From Hydrolagus colliei (Eukaryota): DNA of 64,000 bases. The position numbers were made by a program, and so were the translations under genes. The stretch is from positions 57,040,001 to 57,104,000 of the forward strand of contig CM068745.1 in NCBI GenBank assembly GCA_035084275.1, written 5' to 3'. Positions 52,640 through 64,000 of this stretch are shown piece after piece (position 1 is the first letter of the stretch; the number at the start of each line of letters is the position of its first letter). The notes under the pieces were generated by a model. That model was not told the origin of the DNA, searched no databases, and was given only the letters and a program-made list of their open reading frames with translations.

Positions 52640-54330
52640 TTGGATGGGGTAGAGATGGCTGAATGAATCCCCTCAATTTTGGATTTGAGGATGTCCAGCA
52701 TTTCCTCGCAGTTGGAATCAGAGGAGAGGTTTGGTGAGGTGTGGGAAGATGGATGGAGGAGACGGTTAGTGGTGGAGAAGAGAAGCCTAGGGCTATCCTT
52801 GGCCTCCAAGATTAACTTGGAGTAGAAGTAGGACTTAGCGGAGGCAAGGGCGAAGTGGTAGGTCATAGTATGATTTAGCCAAATCTGCCGATGGACCATT
52901 AGAAAGGATTTGATCCAGGCGAGTTCGGTAGCTCTCAGTTGTGCCTTGAGGGATTAGAGATGGCTGACTTACTAGGGGAATTAACAGTGTATAAAGCATT
53001 TCAGAAAGTGAGGGTGCAAGGAAGTCAAGTATGGAGGAGAGGGAGTTGTGGGGAAAAGAGAGTGAAGAGGGTCGATTGGTCTGTGAGGGCCTTAGAGACA
53101 GGAGTTCAGATAACTTGGAGAGGGAGAAGGAGGAGATTTTTTCCAGGGGTAAGATGTAGAGGTAAACAAAACACAAAATACTACAGATACGGAGAATCTG
53201 AAACAAAAAGAGGGCCCAGTCCTGACGAAGGGTTGTAGACCCGAAACGTTTACTCTTTTTTCTTTTCTCCATGGATACTGTTTGAACCTGCTGAGTTTCC
53301 CCAGCAACGTTTGTTTTTGTTTAAGATGCAGAGGTGTTCAGAGAAGAGGGAAAGGGAAGATGGGAGGGTGGATATGTCTGAGAGGAAGGTGGAGGATGGC
53401 TTTGAGGAACAGTAGACAAGGAGGATTTTGAGGGAAAGACTGGGGGTGTAAAGGGTAAGGTGCACAAAGTAGGAGAAGTAGCAGAAGTAAGCCAATCAGG
53501 AGGGCATCTGACTTGTTGACATTGAGCTGTAGGAAATTTGCCCCTTGTCCAGGACTCAGTGTCGGACAGACATGCAGTCAGAACGCCAGTAGTCCTGGAG
53601 TCAAGGGTGGACATGTATCTGAGCTGGGGACAGGTGGGAGGGAGGGAAGGTGGGTATTAGGAGTTGCCGATGGGACCATCGAGGAGCAGAGTCTTGAGGT
53701 GGGACTTGAAGGAGGCTAGGGAGGGAATGAGATGGAGGGACTGTGGGATGGAGTTCCAGAAGTTGGGGGCAGAGTGGCTAAAGGCTCGCCCGCCAATGGT
53801 GGGGTGGGTGAGGCGCGGGACGTGGAGCATACCTGAGCCTGCTGAGCGGAGGTGTGAGCAGGTTGGTAGGGGGTTAGAAGGTCACGGATGTAGGGTGGGA
53901 TGACGTTATGGAGGGTTTTAAATGTGAGGACCAGGATCTTGAAATGGATCCTCTGGATGATGGGGAGCCAATGGAGTTGGGTGAGGATGGAGGAGATGGG
54001 TTCATGGAGCTTGGAGTGATAGAGGTCAAGAGACACAGAGTTCTGGATCATCTGCAACCTGTGGAGGGAGGAATCGGGAAGGCCGACAAGCAGGGCATTT
54101 GCATAGTTGAGCCGGGATGTAATAAAGGCATGAATGAGGGTTCCAGTGGCCTTGGGGGTAAGGTAGTGGCGGAGTCTGGCAATATTCTGGAGATGAGGAG
54201 ACGCAGAGCGAGTCATTGCTTGGATGTGTGGGAGGAAAGACAGTTGAGGATCGAACAAGATGCCTGACTGGCTTCGTGAGGTTGAGTGAGCAATCATGGA
54301 GGTTGTTGCTGCCAGCGGCTGGCAGCACTA
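52640..54330 (-). mobile_element. Cluster of L2 fragments (ORF2 tether region, RT and 3' part)
   Basis: AKSYFYSKLI....PRLLF; LQNIARLRHYL..LHWLPIIQRIHFKILVLTFK. Confidence 0.85.
53164..53322. mobile_element. Short Penelope-derived insertion with internal inversion; hammerhead-like motif at 53218-53254 (+)
   Basis: TSD aagatgtagaggt / aagatgcagaggt; 53164-53209 is the reverse complement of the element's 3' end; CTGACGAAGGGTTGTAGACCCGAAACGTT. Confidence 0.85.
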
Positions 54331-55499
54331 TACATATATAATTTAGTTTTGTTTTTGTTGTACATAAAATACTTAAGTTGATTTAAGGGATACATTCCCC
54401 GTTCTCTGTAATCCTTACAGTGTTGAGGTAGATTACGTGTCTAACAACAATCTTCACAAGCTTTGAGATTGGGTAACCACAATAGATGAGCGAAAAGAAA
54501 TAAAATAAAGTCCCATTAGCTTTCAATGCAGCACCATCAAATTTAAAACAAAGACTGAGGAAATGGTGATCCAGTATTTTCCATCATATCCTCAGATTGA
54601 CACAGATACTGACCCAAATTTTCTTGGATTTAGAAGGAAGAAAGGGGATTTAATGGTTTAGAAATGTTCTGATTGCCTCAGATATAACAGCTAAGGTAGA
54701 AAGTGTGACATGCTATTACACTGTACTCTTGAAGATGTCCATGACATATTTGATGTGCAGCCAGGATCAGATAGAATACATGACAATGATAAAAGTTTGA
54801 GAAGTACCAGAGTTATCTTGTGCCAAAGGGGAAACGTGGAATAGGAAACATACAATTAGAGGAACGAGACGAGCACTGAGTAAGTTGCCAGACATGTTCG
54901 ATGTACGATTTTGACAATTAGAAGCTATGTGTAAAGATCATAAATTGCATTCAGCTACATCTGTCCCTAAGATCGTAGATACTAAGTGCACAGATGGAGT
55001 GACATGTGGGATATTAAAATTACAGAAATGGAAATGTGCTCTGCTTTTTTTTCAAAAACAAATCATGAATTGGGTTTCTCCTGATGTGAAGGCACTATGT
55101 AAATGCAAATTTGTTGTTGTTGTTTCAGAACTGAGTGTCATGTGGGAAAAGTATCCATTAATTCACAATTTAGTGTGGCCGATTGCACAAAGGTTGTAAT
55201 GAACTGCTGTTCCAACCAATTGTTCACACCAGTAAATTAGGTTCACATGCATTTGGAATCTACCACTGGGAAAATGCAGCTGTTTCACTGCATTATATGG
55301 GAGTTAACCCTAAGTTGAATACTAGCAATGGAGTATGTGACAGAATTAGCCAATATACCAGTTTATACATTTGCAGGGTTTAATTTATGGGTTGTGTTGT
55401 GTAACTATGTGTAAACGCCAGTGTTCAGAAGAAATTACAAATGCCCTCAATTAAGTAATTAGGAACCAATAAAACTACTGTACATTAGAACTGCCATTC

Positions 55500-55755
55500 G
55501 CACCAAGTTGAGAAAATACTTCTTCACTCAGAGGGCAGTGAATTTATGTCAATAAATTCTCTAACCCAAAGGGCTGTAGATGCTCAGTCATTGAACATAT
55601 TCAAGACTGAGAATGATAGATTTCTTGTGGATAAAGGGATTAAGGGATATGGGGCTAAGGCAGGTAAGAGTTAGAATAGATCACCCATGATCTTATTGAA
55701 TGGCGGGGCAGGCTCGAGGGGCTAAATGGCCTACTCCTGCTTCTAATTCTAAAGA
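55500..55755 (+). mobile_element. CR1 3' end fragment
   Basis: ttcttcactcagaggg..gaatttat; gggctaaatggcctactcctgcttctaattct. Confidence 0.85.
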
Positions 55756-56049
55756 ATTCTGTTACATTTAACCAATTTAAAATAGATAATTTCTCTGTTA
55801 GCCATATATATATCAAGATAGCAACTTAGCTACACAAATAAGTGTACATGTCATTGAAATTGAATGCAGAGTACAATGATACCATGTCCATCAAAGTCCA
55901 TCCTTGCCACCATCAATTAGTTTGTTTGTTTCAGGATTGATTCAATGCAACATATTGTGTAGTTGTGATGCATGGAATGCTCAGTTAGGTTTGGATACTC
56001 TTAAGCATGGTGATGGGTTTCTCCATATGTCAGACACATGGCTGACCGA

Positions 56050-56360
56050 AAGAAACAATGTCCCACAAACAGACACAAAGTTAATATTCAATGTCTTTTG
56101 GGGGATTGTTGTCCAGACACACAGAGAAACTCACTTCCTTTTTTGAATAGTGACACTCAAAGTCCACCTGTACAGGCAGATGGAATCGAGGTTTAACAAC
56201 TCCACTCGAAAAATACAGCTCACCCCAAGCACTGCATTGGAATGTCATCCTGGATTATATGAGTTCAAATCCTTAATATGTAGCAAGAATTAACATGAAT
56301 CTACAACCTTTTGACTTATGGACAAGAGTACTGTCAACTGAGCCAGTCTGACACCCATTG
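56050..56360 (-). mobile_element. Older Deu-domain SINE
   Basis: gtcccacaaacag, gtccacctg..caggcagatgg..gaggtttaac, acaaccttttgact..caactgagcca. Confidence 0.6.
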
Positions 56361-56752
56361 TCAATTGTGCATTGCCTTTTTGTAGTGATTTGTTTAAGTG
56401 GAAACTCCGCTAAGCTTATCATTTATTGATAAGATTTCTATCAATTGTTTAATTTTTTTTGCGGTCAAAGATTAAGTCCAATGATCAAAGTTTTCTGTTT
56501 GCAACTCATAATAGGAATTTTACAGAAGCAGATCAAACACTAAGTTGATATCACATAGATGACCAGAAATTCCACCTAGTTTCTTTTGTAAGACTATTTT
56601 ATCTTCAATTTAGAAACAAGAAGAATTGTGAAAAATTCTTAAATCAGTCTTTATTTGAGCTAAAGTCTTTATGTGGGGTTTGAACTCATTATCTTCTTAC
56701 CCTGATGCTGGGATGCTGCCAGCTAACTATTATAGTATGTAATAGTATATAG

Positions 56753-57641
56753 TAGGGTCCATCGATATGGAAATTTTCCGATTTAGATATATCGATGGGC
56801 TCATATCGAGATATACCGATATATCGATATTTTCGGGGTTTTCGTACTGCACATGTGCGTGCGTCGCGAGGTGCACTCGCATTCGTGGCCAATCTCCTCA
56901 GGAAGTAAATATCTCTCTCTTTCTGTGTCTCTCACACTCACTCTCTCCATCTCTGTGTTTTTCTGTCTGTGTCTCTCTCCTCTCTCACATCCCCCCCATC
57001 TCTATCTATCTGTATATTATCACATCCACCCCGTCTCCACCCCCCCCCGTCTGTCCCCCCTCCGCCATCCGTCTCTCCCCCCCCGCCGCCGCTGTCCCTC
57101 TCTCCCCCACCCCCCTCGCCGCCATCCCCCTCTCCCCCCAACTCCCCACCGCCGTCCCTCTCTCCCCCTACCCCTCCCACTGCCGTCCCTCTCTCCCCCC
57201 CGCTGCCGTCCCTCTCTCTCCCCTCCCCCACCGCCGTCCCTCTCTCCCCCTACCCCTCCCGCTGCCGTCCCTCTCTCCCCCACGCCGCCGTCCCTCTCTC
57301 TCCCCCCCCACCGCCACCGTCCCTCTCTCTCCCCCCCCACCGCCGCCGTCCCTCTCTCCCCACCCCCCGCCGTCTCTCTACCCCCCCCCCCCCCCCACCC
57401 CTTGCAGACCTGTATATTGTATTCGAGGACTATGAATACAATATGGTGGCTTGCATCTCAGTCTGTGCATTGTGTATAGAGATGAGTATTCTGGGTCTTC
57501 TAGTTCAATGCATGCGCATTCCGATTTTTTCGATATATCGACTTTTTCGATATATCGATATTTTGAAAATGCCTATATCAGCATATCGATGTGAAAATTA
57601 TATCGAATATAACCGATATATCGATATATCGTCGGACCCTA
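56753..57641. mobile_element. Non-autonomous hAT DNA transposon, 889 bp
   Basis: TIRs TAGGGTCCATCGATAT / ATATCGTCGGACCCTA; perfect 8-bp TSD gtatatag (56745-52, 57642-49); many subterminal ATATCGAT motifs. Confidence 0.92.
57025..57400 (+). repeat. C-rich minisatellite (ccgccgtccctctctccccc units) inside the hAT element
   Basis: About ten degenerate units; explains the proline-rich spurious ORFs. Confidence 0.9.
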
Positions 57642-58504
57642 GTATATAGTATATAATGATATATAGTATACTATATGTAATTTATTGTTATATAATATAA
57701 TAGTATATTATATACCAATAAATTATATGTGATATACTGCATTAATAAAACAACAATGTCCTCCCACATGAGAATAGATGCAGATGAAATGCCTGTTTCT
57801 GTGTCTATCTCTGTGTCAATCTACAATCCATATTGGCATATTTGGTGCAAGCATAGCTACAATGAGTACAGTTAGTCTTGACCTGATCGAGAGATTAAAG
57901 TATATGATTTCCTGCTTATTGCATGTAGCTCAAATATTCAAGAGACAACATTTCTCCCAAAAATATTTACCTCATCTCCTCTGCTCTATATAATGCAACT
58001 GCACCCCAATTCACTGGAATTCTTTGCTTCAATCCTTCAGTCATGCTCCCATCTTCAAATCACACCTGATGATTTTCAAAGCCCCATATTGCTTTGGCTT
58101 GGCATCAACCATGTTGCTCTTGTGTGCTCGAAGATGAAGGGCACTATATCAATAAAAGTTGTTGTTGTGTTGTATATTGGACAGACAACATTTTGACAAT
58201 GCACTTTTGGGCAGCAAATTCCATAATAAATCAGACACCAACAGTAAGACACAAAGCAGCTAAATAGCATTTATAAGGTATAAAGAAAGTATGGATGTAC
58301 TCAGAGTTGACTAGGTGTTTGAGAAATCCTAAAATTCCCAGAATGTCCCACTGAATCATTCTGAAGCAACTCTGTTAATAGCTCTCAATGCTCAACAAAG
58401 TTTTTTAAGGTGTGGATATTTCATGCTGTTTACCAGCCCCTAATCTTGCCCCACCCACTCCCTCACCATCTCCCCCATCACCCATAAATTGGTAATCCCT
58501 CTTT

Positions 58505-58850
58505 TTATTATAATAATAATAATAATCTTTGTATTTGATACAGGGCTTTCCACATCTTATCAACGTCCCAAAGCGCTTCACAGAATATACTGTAAAGTGA
58601 ATTGACTGTATATATTTGTGGGCGAATCGTGGCAGCCAATTGCGCACAGCAGTGTCCCACACACAGTCGTGGATTGAAATGACTAATTTCATTATTGTGG
58701 TTTTTTGGAGGGATTATTATTAGGCATGTGGAGTAAGGAAATTTGCCCAAGGTTTCACCCTGACTTGCCTGGATTTGAACACAGGTCTCCCCAGCTTGGT
58801 CTCCCCAGTTTGCAAGACAAGTGCTCTAACCACTGAGCCATAGGAGCTCC
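58505..58850 (-). mobile_element. Full-length tRNA-derived Deu-type SINE
   Basis: Head ggagctcctatggctcagtggttagagcac, B box gttcaaatcc, same core and tail as 37139; small internal duplication ggtctccccag. Confidence 0.9.
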
Positions 58851-59704
58851 TATTATAAACCTAAGGCCTTTGGGGGAGCCAGTCTTCCACTTGATATACT
58901 GTAATTGTTTACACAACAGGTTATGTAAGCATTCAGCCATGTAAGTGATTACTGGAAAGATGGTTGAAAACAATAAAAAGTATTACAGCTGGGAGCACAG
59001 CTAACGTATCCTACGGGCAATTCCCAAAGAAGTATGCGATAATTAAGGTATCCAAAGGGACAATACAGATGAGCCAACTAATATACAGCCTAACTCATCA
59101 AGAAAAGTTGGTGAATATGAAATATGTTATGTAATCTACCCCGGAAAACTGGTTAATGAGAAAGTTATGCTGAACCTGTCTATAATACGACAATAAATTG
59201 AGATAAATAAACTCAAGAAGAATAGCTATGACAAACAGAAATACTGCATATAATTGCCAAAAGTAATCAAAATGACATTCTATCAATCTGCGATAATTCA
59301 ATATCAATGCTGAACTGAAAACAAAAGTAAAATGCCTAAGATTCTATGTGGTTAAAAGAAAAATAGATTATAACTGAACTGTCAGAGAGAACCTGACCTG
59401 GGACTGATCCAAATCATCAACCCTTAGTAACTTTGAAACAGATTCAAAAGGTGATATTTGTTAGTCAAGACGATGGTCCAGATGTAGAGTTTAAAGCTAC
59501 GATCAGGACCCAACAAAACATTGTGGCTGTGCAATAACATGCTTCAGTCCAAGTGTGCAAATATAAAAATTGGAACACAACAACTACAACAACAAAATTA
59601 TATTTGTGTAGACCCTTTCACATGGGGAGGACATCCCAAGGCGCTGGAAAGACAGTATTCATGACTCGAGCTGAGGGATTGGAGAGGGTGGAGGGCAGTG
59701 CAGG

Positions 59705-60260
59705 AACAACAACAAACAACAACAAAATTACATTTATGGAGTGCCTTTCATATCAGGAGGACGCTCCAAAGTGCTGAAGGAGTCTGATCGACAGCATCGT
59801 CAAAGTGCAGGGCCTTGTGGTGGGTCCTGAAGGAGGTAAGGCACAGGGCAAGGCAGAGGGACTGCGGGATGGAATTCCAGAGGATGGGGGCAGAATGGTT
59901 GAAGGCACAGCTGCCAATGATGGGGCTGGTGAGGCAGGGGAAGTGAAGCAGGCTGGAGGCAACCAAGTGGAGGACGGGGGCAAGTTAGGGGATAAGGGGA
60001 TAGGTCACTAAGGTGGGGGTGGGGGTGGGGGGCAAGGCCATGGATGGCTTTGAACGTGAGAACCAGGATCTTAAACTGTATCCTCTGTGTGATGGGAAAC
60101 CAGCAGAGTCTGGCGAGGGTGGGGGTGATGTGGTCATGGAGCCTGTTGCAGGAGAGGACACAGACTGCAGAGTTCTGGATGGTCTGCAGCCTATGGAGGG
60201 AGGAGTTGGTGAAGCAGACAAGCAGGGAGTTTACATAGTCAAGCCTGGATGTTATGAATT
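59705..60260 (-). mobile_element. L2 3' fragment, with an extra solo tail at ~59575-59645
   Basis: cagaactctgcag and ILWNSIPQSL; stem-loop plus tail. Confidence 0.85.
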
Positions 60261-60949
60261 CATGTAAAACAGCAGCAGCTTAATATAATTATACATATAA
60301 TCATAAGCCTGCCTACCTGTGATTCATTTCAAAATAATTTATTGTGTTATTCTTGATTAACTGTTTATTGCATACATTTATTACAATATGCCCTTGAGGC
60401 AGCAAAGAAAGTGTACAAAAACAAATCTAATTCAAACAGATCAATGAACTATTAGTTAATATGTTTACAGTTTCAGGCAATCTTCCTGCAGGATCACGAT
60501 AGGAATATACACATTTCAATCTTGTGTTATTGTGCGGTAACTTTTTAGTTAGGGGAAAAAATAACATTTTTAAAGCATATATTTCCAGTTGTGTTATTGA
60601 TTTATTATATTTTTGTACACCCTCACTAAAGGCTGTACATCAGTAGATTAAACTAGCTTCAGCATTGCTTCATCTACCAAATTACATACAGAAATCTATT
60701 CCTACTGTGGAGTTAGTTTCAACAAGTACATAGATTTTTTTTCAGGCATCTGAACTTGAGGAAATCTATCAACATGCTTAAGTGTATCTAGACCAGATTG
60801 AGAGCTCCATGCATGCCACCTACACATGGAAATTCTCTTGTCTGGAATGGAATATAATAATAATTCACACATTTGATACAGATGTTATCGTATTGTTGAG
60901 ACGACAAACACTTCACAGAATAATCTGTAAACTGGTTTGACTGCAGTTT

Positions 60950-61165
60950 CCTCCCAGAGGGATGCACCTTACTTACGAAATTCCAAAGAGTATCTGGTAC
61001 AGGTTGGCAACAGTCAAGGCTTGCTGACCCACGAGTGTGCGTTGACGTACTGCTGGAATGTAACCAACTAAAACCATGTAGCTTGCTATTGAGAGAACTG
61101 TCTGCCAAGTTTCCCACAGCTTGTCCAGCTAGGACCATTCTACCCAATACAGTTTGGCTGGACAG
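60950..61165 (+). repeat. Old unclassified repeat copy
   Basis: agagggatgcaccttacttac..ggtacaggttggcaa..gtactgctggaat..gctaggacca. Confidence 0.65.
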
Positions 61166-64000
61166 AGCACATGAAGTCAATCTATTTTAATACCTCATCT
61201 TTCTTCAATAAAAAAACATGGCCTGTTTCTGATCCAGATACTAGGAAGTAGAAGTGATGACTTGACCTCTGACTGTTATCCCTCATTTGAAGGTGTGCAC
61301 CTTCTCTTGATGACATTGCTAAAATCAAGTTATTTGACATGTAATGGATCATGTAAAAACCTAAATCTTCCTACAACATGAAGCATGTTAGACCATACGT
61401 TTACCTATAGGTAAAGTCTGTGGTGTTCCTCAACATGTTCCCTGCTTATCTACACAAAAAATACATTAAACAACACTGTAAATTTTACCCCGTTGTCACA
61501 GGATTATGCAGATCTAGTTCACAGAGCCCGTTTTGAAAACTACTAGTAAAAAGATCCTTCGCATGATTGTCTCTAACCTCCTTTGGGAAATACCTGCCTT
61601 TCACCTAATGCCTCCTGATAGTGATATATCTGAGATCGAGAGCTAGTTGTGTAATGAAACACAAGTGTCAGCCCATATCCTACTATTCAATGTGTGGTGA
61701 TCTAATATGCTGCTTGCGGTGTTAGTCAAGATAAAACAAGGCATGATCTTTTGAATTCCCACATACTCCTCGAAGGGATCCTTCTGCTTTTTTGAAAAAT
61801 AAACATCCTTTTGAAATGGTAAGACTGGAAGCACCCAACCTGATAGGTGCATGACTGAGAATTGTTTCATTCATATATTAAAAGTTGTTTCTTGTTATTA
61901 GTAGAAGTTAGTAGCATCTTATTTAGTCATTTGTAATTGGAAATTTGATTTCACCATTCAGCCTTCGCATCACGAGTTACAAAAAGAGCTGGCAATCTTG
62001 TTATGATTGCCATAGCCTCTGAAGGAATGTGCCTTACTTATTTAACATCTCCAGCATGTGTTCTTCAATAAGCTCCCACAAGACGTATCCTGCTCCCACA
62101 GCTAGCTTTATCTCTAGGTGGATAATTCCATAATTTAAAAGATGGATTGCACAACTGGGTGTGGTGGGGGGATCAGACCCTGGATGTTTTTAAATCTCCA
62201 ATGTTGCTCAAGTTGCTCTAAGTCTATATTGATTTGCAAAAGTATTTTCAAATGACCCAAATCACATATAGTATTTCTTCAAAACCTTTGCTTTAGCAGT
62301 TACAGTTACTTCATAATAGTTAGTGTGTTGGTATGTGTACAATATGGCTGTATCTCCCATGACCAACACAAAGATTATGGCTGCTTTGCAAACTGCTGGA
62401 ATCACTGTACGTGTATGAAGACAATCAACAGATTGACAAATAATGAACCAGAAGAAGTTAACAGGACTATTGCCAGATAAGATGAAAGGTTCGCTCCAGT
62501 GATTTGTAAGTAGGTTGCATAATAATAATAAATGAGGCAAGAGACTTTCTTGGAATGTATAGCTGTTCTTGGAATATAAATCTGCCACAAGTGATATGTG
62601 AGAAACCCAAGTGTTTAGGTTTACAGCATTTTTGAAAGTGCATCCTGCCATCTTGAAAAGAAAACAATTGAAGTACAGTATCTTGCAGATCTGCTGACCA
62701 TGGTTTAAATATTGATCAAACCAGTAGGAAATTTTAGTGCATAACTCTGCAATTTGTGCTTTGTGCAAGCAATCCTGTAAAATGAACAACAACAATAACT
62801 CATAATTTTACAGCAGCCTGGTTCTACCTGAATAATGATTTGCTCTTTGTTGCTCCTAACTGCACAGAGCAGAGTTTGAATAGAGCCATACGTAGGATGC
62901 CAACTAAATGCAACTGGTATTTTGTGTAACGACATTTGAATGCTGGCTCCAGGATAAGAAAAGCAAACATTCCAAGGCTGCCATTTATATTTTGGAAATC
63001 AAATTTTAGACCAAAATGCTCTGCTAAAATTGGGCATGGAGTGGTTCAGTTAATAACCTATCTTTATGATTGTATGGATCAATTTAATGTATCATAACAA
63101 ATCTGTAAATTATAACAATTACCATAATTTTTGTCACATTAAAAGTTTATAATTTAGTTATTCACATGAATAATAAGGCTCTTAGCACACAAAATATAAT
63201 ATTTAACATTAGACCCTGTGAATATCCAGGAAAAATATACAGAGTTTTTGTTAACCTTTAATCATGCTACAAGAATAATCTCTACTGCAACATGATATAA
63301 CCTGTAGCTTGCTATAATTTATGTGGAATAGTGATTAACTGCTACAAATGCATTATTTTACCCATGAATGACATTTATATTGGGATTTAGTCAGTCTTTC
63401 ATTTAGGCTTTCTCCTGGTAGTGATATATGCTCAAAGATAAGTCTACATTACTTCAATTTGTGGTTTCCACAGTATCTCATTACAAAGGTCTGAAAAATT
63501 ATTTACGTTTCATGAGTTTCAGCTTGAACTTGCAACAAAGGCTAAACCAGTTAATCTAGATGTTGTTAGAGGGGACATTCCGTTATATCTCAGACATCTA
63601 TTGATTCCCAATGTATTTAAATGGGTATGTAATAGGTTTTGCTAAATGGGAAAATCTGATAAATGGTATCATTCAGATTTCAGCAATGCCTCCCAATAAA
63701 TAGGATTCAACTCAATTACATGTTAGTTGTAGTGTTTCACAATTTGAACAAAAAAATAAACTCATTTAAAAGTCTAAAATGCAAAAATGTAACAAATTAT
63801 TTTAATAAATATTCCTTATGTGAAATATAGCCATGAAAATGTTTCAAGAAATTTCACAGGATTTACTAAAAAATGTAGTGACTATACATATGTAGGGGAA
63901 GGTGGTAGTCACTGTATGCACACATAACTATAAATGAAGGACCAAATTTATCGGGATGATTATTGATCAGGACTTTGGGAGAAACTTCCTTCTCTTTTCA

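Noticed and set aside
56767-57649. Proline-rich 200+ aa ORFs (extensin- or formin-like)
   Set aside because: All frames are open only because of the C-rich minisatellite inside a hAT element

Overview
Eukaryotic, AT-rich and repeat-dense intronic or intergenic DNA. The repeat repertoire (CR1 and L2 LINEs, tRNA-headed Deu-type SINEs with L2 tails, Penelope-like elements) points to a cartilaginous fish, possibly a chimaera; this is an inference. I cannot support any host protein-coding gene: every long ORF is a retroelement fragment or low-complexity sequence. Main structures: (1) an apparently identical 4,744-bp tandem duplication (7928-17415); (2) Penelope-like insertions whose 3' region carries a minimal type-I hammerhead-ribozyme fold, including ~155-bp non-coding copies with 13-14-bp TSDs, one with twin-priming geometry and one with captured local DNA; (3) a CpG-rich non-autonomous hAT element with a perfect 8-bp TSD; (4) a Tc1/pogo-type MITE, a 60-bp LTR remnant and multi-level TE nesting; (5) an unclassified old repeat present five times. 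All coordinates were read by eye, so the edges of old repeats are approximate.
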